Assembly (NCBI GenBank): GCA_045595285.1
Contig: JAZOAC010000138.1
Coordinates: 269-64,268 of the forward strand
Length of the DNA: 64,000 nt
Reading direction: 5' to 3'
Source: Kiritimatiellia bacterium
GTDB lineage: Bacteria > Verrucomicrobiota > Kiritimatiellia > RFP12 > UBA1067
Shown: positions 53,072 through 60,797 of the stretch, piece after piece
How the letters are laid out: each line of letters starts with the position of its first letter
Numbering within the stretch: position 1 is the first letter of the stretch
The notes under the pieces: generated by a model
Databases searched by the model: none
Told to the model about the DNA's origin: nothing
The model's input: only the letters and a program-made list of their open reading frames with translations
Position numbers and translations under genes: made by a program

Positions 53072-54120
53072 ACCTCTATCTGCATTTTCCGTTCTGCCGC
53101 AGCAAATGCGCGTACTGCGCATTGCATTCCCGCGCAGGCGAACCGGAGTCCGAACGGCGCGCATACGTAAAGCGTCTCGCCGCAGACCTCGACAGGCATT
53201 TCAGAAACTGCGGCGGCAAACCGCTCTCGACGCTATACTTCGGCGGCGGCACTCCCGCCCTGTGCGACCTTTCCCCGGTTCTGGATACAGTCGGAAGGCA
53301 GATGAAATCCGGACAGTTCGAATTCACGGTGGAGCTGAATCCGCTCGACGTATCGCCCGGTCTTCTGTCGAAACTCCGCAGCGGCGGCGTGAACCGCATT
53401 TCAATGGGCGTGCAGAGTTTCGACGACAGTGTGCTGAGATCCATGGGACGTCTCCACTGCGCAGATCAGGCACGAAACGCGTGGCGCATGATCCGGGATG
53501 CCGGGTTTGACAATGCCGGCATCGACCTCATCTGCGGATGGCCGGAATGCGGCATGGGCACCGCACCCTCCGGAGCCTGGTCGCGCACACTGGACGCCGC
53601 CGCTTCTCTCTCACCAGACCACTGCAGCGTCTATACGCTCATATTGGAGCCGGGGACGCGTCTTGCCCGCGATGTAGATGAAGGAAGGATATCGCTGCCG
53701 TCCGACGATATCGCACTCTCCGAACTCGCAGAGGCAGAACGAATCCTTGGAGGAGCCGGTCTTGAACGCTACGAAATCTCAAGTTTCTCAAAACCGGGAA
53801 AGGAGTGCCGGCACAATCTTGCCGTCTGGAGGGGAGAAGACTACACCGGCATAGGGGAAGGCGCCTGCAGTCGCGAGGGGAACGCCGTTTCGCGGACGAT
53901 ATTCCGTCTGCGACTTCTCAAGGAGGGATTCTCGCCTGAGTCCGCAGCAGCCGACTTCCCGGAACTTGCGCCGCGTGTCGACGAATGGAACGAAACGCTC
54001 GGCCGCTTCACTGAAGAGGGGCTGCTCACCGCATCACGCACCGACAGCACCGCGACAACATACCGACTCACGCCTCGCGGAACGGAAGTGTGCGACACGA
54101 TCCTTGCGGAACTGGTCTAG
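53068..54120 (+). CDS. hemW: radical-SAM HemW-like heme chaperone / oxygen-independent coproporphyrinogen oxidase-like protein
   Basis: 350 aa. GTG start. LYLHFPFCRSKCAYCALHS (CxxxCxxC), YFGGGTPA, RISMGVQSF. Confidence 0.85.
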   Translation: MNLYLHFPFCRSKCAYCALHSRAGEPESERRAYVKRLAADLDRHFRNCGGKPLSTLYFGGGTPALCDLSPVLDTVGRQMKSGQFEFTVELNPLDVSPGLLSKLRSGGVNRISMGVQSFDDSVLRSMGRLHCADQARNAWRMIRDAGFDNAGIDLICGWPECGMGTAPSGAWSRTLDAAASLSPDHCSVYTLILEPGTRLARDVDEGRISLPSDDIALSELAEAERILGGAGLERYEISSFSKPGKECRHNLAVWRGEDYTGIGEGACSREGNAVSRTIFRLRLLKEGFSPESAAADFPELAPRVDEWNETLGRFTEEGLLTASRTDSTATTYRLTPRGTEVCDTILAELV

Positions 54121-54929
54121 ACGTTGGCGGCAATCCGTTCGTTCAGACTTCCGGTGCGGTATCCCTGAAGGTCCAAGGCGACATACACGAACCCCAGCCC
54201 TTTCAAGGCGGAGACTATCTTCTCCCGATTCTCCAGTGCGGATGCAAGCGAATCCGGCTCGACCTCGATGCGGGCGATGTCTCCATGTATGCGCACCCGC
54301 ACCTGACGGAAACCAGCGTCTCGCAGATAATCCTCGGCTCTCTCGACCATGCCGAGCCTTTCGGGCGTAATCCTCTCGCCATACGGAAACCGCGAGGCCA
54401 GACACGCAAACGAAGGCTTGTCTGCCGTGGGGAGCCCCATCTTAAGCGAAAGTGCTCGTATCTCACGTTTCGTGAAACCACAGACACGGAGCGGACTCTG
54501 TATGCCCAACTCGGCAACGGCCTTGAGCCCCGGACGGTAGTCGCCCAGGTCATCGACGTTGCTGCCTTCACAGACGACAGTCATTCCTTCTGCGGCGGCG
54601 GACTGCAGCATCATCCTGAACAGCCCGAGTTTGCAGATGTAGCACCGATCCGGCAAATTCGCGGCAAAACCTTCAATGGACAATTCACCGCCTTCCACCA
54701 TCAACTGCCTCACATCCTCTTTTCTGCAGAACGCCGCCGCCTCGGCAAACTCCCGTTCTGGGAATATGCACGACCGCACGGTAACGGCGATGCACCTCTC
54801 CCCCAGAACATCATGAGCAATCTTAAGAAGAAACGTGGAATCCACCCCACCGGAAAACGCCACGGCAACGCTGCCATATTCCCTCAGCAGCTCTCTGAGC
54901 CGATTTAATTTGCCATGAATCTCACTCAT
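54117..54929 (-). CDS. larE: LarE-family ATP-dependent sulfur transferase (PP-loop)
   Basis: ORF 54117-55010 trimmed to ATG 54929. PP-loop AFSGGVDST, DYRPGLKA, SFACLASRFPYG, IARIEV, plus an extra CxxC (RCYICK). Its stop shares CTAG (54117-54120) with the convergent hemW stop. Confidence 0.85.
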   Translation of the reverse strand: MSEIHGKLNRLRELLREYGSVAVAFSGGVDSTFLLKIAHDVLGERCIAVTVRSCIFPEREFAEAAAFCRKEDVRQLMVEGGELSIEGFAANLPDRCYICKLGLFRMMLQSAAAEGMTVVCEGSNVDDLGDYRPGLKAVAELGIQSPLRVCGFTKREIRALSLKMGLPTADKPSFACLASRFPYGERITPERLGMVERAEDYLRDAGFRQVRVRIHGDIARIEVEPDSLASALENREKIVSALKGLGFVYVALDLQGYRTGSLNERIAANV

Positions 54930-54987
54930 ACTTTTTCTCTGACATGAACATCTTCTTTGCGTCCGAAGCGGAGTGACGGACGCGAAT

Positions 54988-55017
54988 AAGGTATCATGAG
55001 CTGATTCCATTTGTCAA
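54988..55017 (-). promoter_or_regulatory. promoter candidate for larE
   Basis: Minus strand perfect TTGACA (55012-55017)-18 nt-TGaTACCTT. The leader of about 55 nt has a gcgtccg/cggacgc stem-loop. Confidence 0.35.
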
Positions 55018-55168
55018 TCCTGTATCCCCTCAAAAGGGGAACGGGAACCAATATTGAGTCGCCATATCGGTGATGGGATTCAGGCAAATGACGTAATCGA
55101 CCACCCTGGATACGCACATACGACCACAGGCAGATCTTTTCGCAGACAGGGTGTCTGGAGCAAGCGCA

Positions 55169-55861
55169 TCATCTGGCGAGCCAGCCGCCGTCGACCGGCA
55201 GCACGACGCCATGCACGTAGTCCGCCGCCGGGGAGCAGAGAAACACGCACGCGCCTGCGATGTCCGAGGCCTCGCCCCAGCGTCCTGCCGGGATGCGCTC
55301 GAGGATCTGGCGCGAACGCACCGGGTCCGCCCGGAGCGCGGCGGTGTTGTCGGTCGCGATGTAGCCGGGCGCGATGGCGTTCACGTTCACGCCCTTCGAC
55401 GACCACTCGTTCGCGAGCGCCTTGGTGAGCTGCCCGACGGCGCCCTTCGACGCCGCATAGCCAGGAACCGTAATGCCGCCCTGGAACGTGAGGAGCGAAG
55501 CGGTGAACACGATCTTGCCGTATCCGCGCTTGACCATGTCCTTGCCGAACTCACGGGCGAGGATGAACTGCGAATTGATGTTCACGTTCATGACCTTGTC
55601 CCAGTATTCATCCGGATGCTCCGCCGCGGGCGTGCGGAGAATCGTACCCGCGTTGTTCACGAGAATGTCGATCTGATGTTCATTCTTCACCTTCTCGATG
55701 AAGGCATAGACCGCCGCGCGGTCGGTGAGATCGCATTCCGCGGAACTGGTGCGGATGACCTTTGCTCCGGCTTCTTCAAGCGCATCGGCCATAGCCTTGC
55801 CGATACCGCGGTTGGAACCTGTGACGAGCGCCGTCTTTCCTGAAAGATCGTATGTAATCAT
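55169..55861 (-). CDS. kduD: 2-dehydro-3-deoxy-D-gluconate 5-dehydrogenase (SDR)
   Basis: ORF 55169-55933 trimmed to ATG 55861. TGSNRGIG, ILVNNAG, YAASKGAV, NVNAIAPGYIATDNT, RIPAGRWG, and the C-terminal VDGGWLAR typical of KduD. Confidence 0.85.
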   Translation of the reverse strand: MITYDLSGKTALVTGSNRGIGKAMADALEEAGAKVIRTSSAECDLTDRAAVYAFIEKVKNEHQIDILVNNAGTILRTPAAEHPDEYWDKVMNVNINSQFILAREFGKDMVKRGYGKIVFTASLLTFQGGITVPGYAASKGAVGQLTKALANEWSSKGVNVNAIAPGYIATDNTAALRADPVRSRQILERIPAGRWGEASDIAGACVFLCSPAADYVHGVVLPVDGGWLAR

Positions 55862-55868
55862 AATGGTT

Positions 55869-55903
55869 GGGGTGTTAGGGGTTAGGGTTGTTAGGGGTTT
55901 GGG
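55869..55903 (+). repeat. G-quadruplex-type G-rich tract with TTAGGG-like units
   Basis: GGGG-tgtta-GGGG-tta-GGG-ttgtta-GGGG-ttt-GGG on the plus (non-mRNA) strand. It spans the heparinase stop codon and the spacer before kduD. Confidence 0.6.
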
Positions 55904-58900
55904 TTGAAGACGTACAAGCGGAGACTGACGCATAGGGCCTTAGTTTTGTCGTAAACGTCCGTTCTTTTCCGCGCGGCGCGGTGACGAACACCGTCGTCGC
56001 GGGATGCACGGTAAGATCGTTGCGCCCGACAAACCATCCGGCCAGAGAAGGCGTCTTGCGCCCCGTCGCCTTCGACACCGAAAGTCTGGCGTCACCGTCG
56101 AACATCATCTCAAGCGCCCATTTCCGTCCGGCGCCGTATGTCGCGTTCAGACTGCGTCCATCCGCCGAAATGGCGACGTTGGTCGTATCAAGGTGAAAAA
56201 GAAGCGTATATTCATGCTCGTTGCCGTCCACGCTCGTCGCACAGTCCGTCACCGTGAAGGTCTCGGACATCCGGTCGAAGCGGATATCGCGACGATGCCG
56301 CGCAAGACGGCGCTCCTGCGGGCCGAACCCCTGATCATACACGCCGAATGCCGCATCCCCGTCGGAGGTCGACACCCATCCCGCTTCAATAGGCTCCGTC
56401 ATCTTCACAGGATCATTGCGGACCTGTCCAAGTCCATCGACAAGAAGCGTGTTGTGGGCGTGGGCGGAACGCGCATACGACCTGAAATCGGAGCGCTCGT
56501 ACTGTCCGCCCCCATCGTCGAACACAAGTTCCTCTCCGCCTTTCCACATCGTGAACGCAAGCTTGTCCTGATGTTTGTGCGCCATTCCAAGCGGACCCAC
56601 GTCGAACGCAAGGTACGCCGCATCGGGCGTCCAGCCGCCGCGCATCACGGCAAAGCCCGCATAAGGCAAAAAACGCGATGGCGTCTCTCCCGCCGGAGGC
56701 CGGCCTTCAAGCCCCTTGCTCAATGCCCATCGGAAATCCTCGCGGTCGGGGAATACGGCAAGCGCATTGCGCATTACGGCGGATACCGGAACGGTAAAGC
56801 AGTCATTGAACCGTGGCTGCACAAATCCGGGCGTCATCATCGCAAGAGGACCTTCTGCGCCGCGGCAGAGAAGGTCCCTGAACACCGGCGGCAGTTCTCC
56901 ATCCCGCCCGTTGGCCGCCGCAAGGCGAAAGATGCGGGAGACCGTCGAGTAGAATACATTGTGGTAATCCGGAGAAAGTTCGTCATGCAGACCGTCTGGC
57001 AGAAGCTGTGCGCTGGCAGCGGCGGTGAAACGGCGCAGCGCTTCCGTGCGCATTGCCGCCGCATCCGGAAATTCAGGGAACTGCACTGCGAACACATAGG
57101 CGCCCGTCATCTCCATAAGCAGCCAATTGCCCTTCGTTCCGTGAGCAAGGAGATGTTTCGCCTGTGCGTGGGCACTGCGGACGAACGCAAGCAGTAGCTC
57201 GTCGGTGAAAGCCGGAGACTTGCGGAACGTCTCGAACGCGACACTCCAGGAACCAAGAAGGCGAAGTCCCTCCTCAATCGTGCGCCATGGCGATCCGACC
57301 GACCTGTACCCTTTTTCGGGCGGAACGCCGCCAGTCTGCGCCAACCAGTCCGAAAACTGCCGCACGAATGCGCGCGCGTATTTCTCGTCTCCCGTCTTGC
57401 GGTACGCCTCGGCAAGCGCAAGCCAGAATGGCATGCGGTTCAGTTGCCAAGTCCATTCCGGGTTGAACGCCCCCCTCCCTTCGGTGGGATTGAACAGCCA
57501 GTCGATCCTGTTCGAAGGGAATGACCACGGCACATTTACGACCATGACTTCGCCTGCCGCCGCACGGTCTGCGGCTGCCTGGCCTGGAGCGGCGTCATTT
57601 CCCCAAAAGCGCCCTAAAATACCGCGGCAGTCCGGGCGCGACCGGAAATGCGAAGCAGACGGAATCGGCTCGGCGACCGTGAAGGTCAGGGTGATCTCCG
57701 CCTCGGTTACGGGACTCTCGAATGCGAGTGAATGGCGTGTCGGCTCAATCTTCCCCGGATTTGATATGTGTTCGGAACTCCGCACGGTCCGTCCGCCCTT
57801 CGACACCGAGACAGAGACGACAGGCGTACCGAACTTTTCTCCTGCAAATGTAGTGTACACCTCCTCGAATGCCGACGGCTTTGAGAACTTCACGGCGTCG
57901 GTAACGGAAAACGCCTTCTTTGCACGGTCAAACCTGAATGTGCGCACCAGCGAAAGGAGGTGCGGCACTTCATACGCACCCGAAATGTCCAGAACGACGG
58001 TGTCACATGCATCGGTAAACTCCTTCTTGAGGACTTTCGCCGCGAAATCTCGTCCATTGGACTGAAGTTTCCCGTCCACCACCGGTACCGGATGCGCATA
58101 GGAATTGATGACCTTCGATTCGTAGCGGCGCGCAGAGAACGTCCGGGCCGTATACTCCTCGCCGCCAGGATCTCCGGAAAGAAGTTTGCCTTCGGAGACC
58201 AGATAATAGGAACCTACATCGTTATGGTTGTGGAGCTCACCGTTGTGTCCGCCTTTGACGGCGACGGACATGTCCCTTCCGGCGCGCATCAGCCAAACCT
58301 GTCCAACAGGGAACTCCGAACGGAGAGGCAAGGTTTCAACGCCATGTGAAGTTTTGCACGGGTGGCTCTTCGCCATTCCTAGCAATGATACGTACCGGTC
58401 AGTATATATGCCGGCAACTCCGTCTGCCGCCATGCCGAACGGGGATGCCTTTTCTGCTGCTCGGCAGGTAAGATCAGGCCAAACTCGGCGCACAAGCGCA
58501 AGATTTGCCGGGCTCGGCGCACCGCACCCGTCTGCGAACGACGGCGAAACTCCGTGTTCGAGCCGATATCCGTATGCATATTCCGCCGCCTTACGATAGA
58601 TGGGCTCTTCGAAAATATCTATCTTTCCATCTGTCAGGTCACGCAGCGTCAGACCCAGCATCAGGAGGTGACCATATCCGTAGTTCCAATACCCCATTCC
58701 CTCTGAACAGTACCCATCAGCGGCAAAACCGCCCTTCGCGTAAAAACGAAGGCCCCGAAGTGCCCGCGCGACAAAGAACGCACGTTCACGAGGGTTGTCC
58801 AGCAGCGCGAGGGCGGTTGTGACGACATTGTCGTGACACACGGCGTTCCAGTTGTTTACGCCGCATATCCACCAGTTCAACAACGGATCACACCTCCTGC

Positions 58901-59804
58901 GGACACAACCATCCCTGTCCGCATGGGCATACGAAAGCCTGAGAGGGGCAAAAATGCGTCGCTCGATTTCAACGCGGATTTTCCCAACCGCCTCAGATGG
59001 AAGATCGTCGCCGAGGAAGTTCACGGTGCAGGCGAGATGCGAGGCTATCTGCGAGGAAAAGAGATCAACAGACGTAACCGTCCCACGCAGATTGCCACCC
59101 TTGTTGTCCGTCCTGTCATGGGCGGGTAAAACCCACGACTTCATGGAGCAGATGGCATCTATTGTCGCAAGCAGCGCAGGAAGGAACCGCCCTTTGCGCT
59201 CAATCGACTCCGCAACTGTCAGCTTCACAAGACGAACCAGACGTCTAAAATACGGCTTCTGGTAATTCGAACGGTTCCCGGTTGTCCAGAACTCCACATA
59301 AAGGGAGTCCGACGTATCCGGAATAGGCTCGCCGAGCAACGCTTCCGCCTCGGCTACGACACGTGCGGCATCTGGACGCAAAGCAAGCTTTTTCCATTCC
59401 GCCCGGTCAGAACCAAGAAGTCCGGCTCGTGGCGGAAGTTTAGAAAGCACATCCGCCATGTCTTCATCCGTCTGGCGAATGATGTCCTGCTGGGCAAAGA
59501 CCTTTTCCATAGCCGCAGACGCTCCGTCCGACCGCGACGGAACCCGTGCCGCGACAAACGCACGGTAACGGTCCCGCGCCGTCGCTTCGACATAGCGCGA
59601 AAGCTCCAGCAGAGCGGCGAGGTCATCGGGCAATACATTGGCATCGTTCGCGGCAAGGATGGCGTCCGCGCATTTCCTTGCGTTCGCGAACGCGGCATTG
59701 CGGCCAGTCGTGCGGTACTCATCCGTGAACCGGACGAGCCCGTCCGCAACGGAAGATAACACTCCCAGCGTCAGCGTCAGCAACAGGACATTCGCCTTCG
59801 ACAT
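55875..59804 (-). CDS. secreted tandem heparinase II/III-like polysaccharide lyase (two lyase modules in one 1309-aa chain)
   Basis: Signal MSKANVLLLTLTLGVLSSVADG. Module 1 has HNGELHNHNDVGSYYLV. Module 2 has WTWQLNRMPFWLALAEAYRKTGDEKYA and GMAHKHQDKLAFTMW. Both are typical Hepar_II_III patterns. AAGGGAG lies upstream. Confidence 0.75.
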   Translation of the reverse strand: MSKANVLLLTLTLGVLSSVADGLVRFTDEYRTTGRNAAFANARKCADAILAANDANVLPDDLAALLELSRYVEATARDRYRAFVAARVPSRSDGASAAMEKVFAQQDIIRQTDEDMADVLSKLPPRAGLLGSDRAEWKKLALRPDAARVVAEAEALLGEPIPDTSDSLYVEFWTTGNRSNYQKPYFRRLVRLVKLTVAESIERKGRFLPALLATIDAICSMKSWVLPAHDRTDNKGGNLRGTVTSVDLFSSQIASHLACTVNFLGDDLPSEAVGKIRVEIERRIFAPLRLSYAHADRDGCVRRRCDPLLNWWICGVNNWNAVCHDNVVTTALALLDNPRERAFFVARALRGLRFYAKGGFAADGYCSEGMGYWNYGYGHLLMLGLTLRDLTDGKIDIFEEPIYRKAAEYAYGYRLEHGVSPSFADGCGAPSPANLALVRRVWPDLTCRAAEKASPFGMAADGVAGIYTDRYVSLLGMAKSHPCKTSHGVETLPLRSEFPVGQVWLMRAGRDMSVAVKGGHNGELHNHNDVGSYYLVSEGKLLSGDPGGEEYTARTFSARRYESKVINSYAHPVPVVDGKLQSNGRDFAAKVLKKEFTDACDTVVLDISGAYEVPHLLSLVRTFRFDRAKKAFSVTDAVKFSKPSAFEEVYTTFAGEKFGTPVVSVSVSKGGRTVRSSEHISNPGKIEPTRHSLAFESPVTEAEITLTFTVAEPIPSASHFRSRPDCRGILGRFWGNDAAPGQAAADRAAAGEVMVVNVPWSFPSNRIDWLFNPTEGRGAFNPEWTWQLNRMPFWLALAEAYRKTGDEKYARAFVRQFSDWLAQTGGVPPEKGYRSVGSPWRTIEEGLRLLGSWSVAFETFRKSPAFTDELLLAFVRSAHAQAKHLLAHGTKGNWLLMEMTGAYVFAVQFPEFPDAAAMRTEALRRFTAAASAQLLPDGLHDELSPDYHNVFYSTVSRIFRLAAANGRDGELPPVFRDLLCRGAEGPLAMMTPGFVQPRFNDCFTVPVSAVMRNALAVFPDREDFRWALSKGLEGRPPAGETPSRFLPYAGFAVMRGGWTPDAAYLAFDVGPLGMAHKHQDKLAFTMWKGGEELVFDDGGGQYERSDFRSYARSAHAHNTLLVDGLGQVRNDPVKMTEPIEAGWVSTSDGDAAFGVYDQGFGPQERRLARHRRDIRFDRMSETFTVTDCATSVDGNEHEYTLLFHLDTTNVAISADGRSLNATYGAGRKWALEMMFDGDARLSVSKATGRKTPSLAGWFVGRNDLTVHPATTVFVTAPRGKERTFTTKLRPYASVSACTSSTQTPNNPNP

Positions 59805-59816
59805 GGAGTTGCTCCC

Positions 59817-60761
59817 TTATCGCATTTCGGTGACGGGGATCTTGTCCATGTCGCCATAGTCGAGATTCTCGCCCGCCATGCCCCAGATGAACATGTAGTT
59901 CGATGTTCCGGCGGCGGAGTGGACGCTCCATTCGGGCGAGGTGATGGCCTGCTCGTTGTGCAGCCACACAAGACGCTGCTCCTGCGGACGCCCCATCTGA
60001 TGGCAGATCGCCTGCCCCTTCGGGACGTTGAAGTAGAAGTACGCCTCCATGCGGCGGTTGTGCGTATGCTGCGGCATCGTGTTCCACACGCTGCCTTCCT
60101 CAAGCTCCGTAAGGCCCACCTGAAGCTGGCAGCATCCGCCGCCCGGCTTCTTGGCGAGCACCTTCTGCACGATGAGCTGGTTGATGCAGCGCGCGTTCGA
60201 CTCCTTGAGCGAGCCGGCCTTGATGTAGTTGCCGATGGTGTAGCCGGGCTTCTTGCAGTTCTGGTCGCTCGTGATGCGCTGGGTCACGTACTCCCTGTAC
60301 GCCGGAGCGGAGTTGAGGTAGAACTTGGCGGGATTCTTCGAATCGTTCGACCTGAATACGACCTTCTTCTTGCCGCAACCGACATAGAGCGCCTCCTTAA
60401 AGTCGAGAGCATACTCTTCGCCGTCAACGGTAACAACGCCGGGGCCGCCGACGTTGATTACGCCAAGTTCGCGCCGGTCGAGAAAGTTCTCGGCCTTGAG
60501 TTCAAGAAACGTCTCGAGATCAAGAGCCTTCGACACCGGCATCGCGCCTCCGTACACGAGACGGTCGTACATCGTGTATGTGAGGTTTATCTCATCTGGC
60601 GACATGACCTTCTCCATCACGAAACGCTCGCGGATCTTCGCGGTGTCGAACGTCTTGAAATCATCCGGGTGCGATGCGGCCTGGACCTTGTAGTTGATTT
60701 CGGCCGAAGCCGCAAATGCGATAGGCAACGCCGCCAACGCAATGATTGCATGTTTCTTCAT
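59817..60761 (-). CDS. kduI: 5-dehydro-4-deoxy-D-glucuronate isomerase KduI with an N-terminal signal-peptide-like extension
   Basis: 314 aa. The cupin core ([62 protein letters not shown]) is canonical KduI. The first 21 aa, [21 protein letters not shown], look like a Sec signal. Confidence 0.88.
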   Translation of the reverse strand: MKKHAIIALAALPIAFAASAEINYKVQAASHPDDFKTFDTAKIRERFVMEKVMSPDEINLTYTMYDRLVYGGAMPVSKALDLETFLELKAENFLDRRELGVINVGGPGVVTVDGEEYALDFKEALYVGCGKKKVVFRSNDSKNPAKFYLNSAPAYREYVTQRITSDQNCKKPGYTIGNYIKAGSLKESNARCINQLIVQKVLAKKPGGGCCQLQVGLTELEEGSVWNTMPQHTHNRRMEAYFYFNVPKGQAICHQMGRPQEQRLVWLHNEQAITSPEWSVHSAAGTSNYMFIWGMAGENLDYGDMDKIPVTEMR

Positions 60762-60797
60762 CTGTCTCTCTTTCTTTGTTATTGTTTAAACCGGAAA

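Noticed and set aside
55869-55903. TTAGGG repeats as a telomere or linear-replicon end
   Set aside because: There are only three imperfect units. They are embedded in a coding region and intercistronic spacer in the middle of an operon, with normal genes on both sides.
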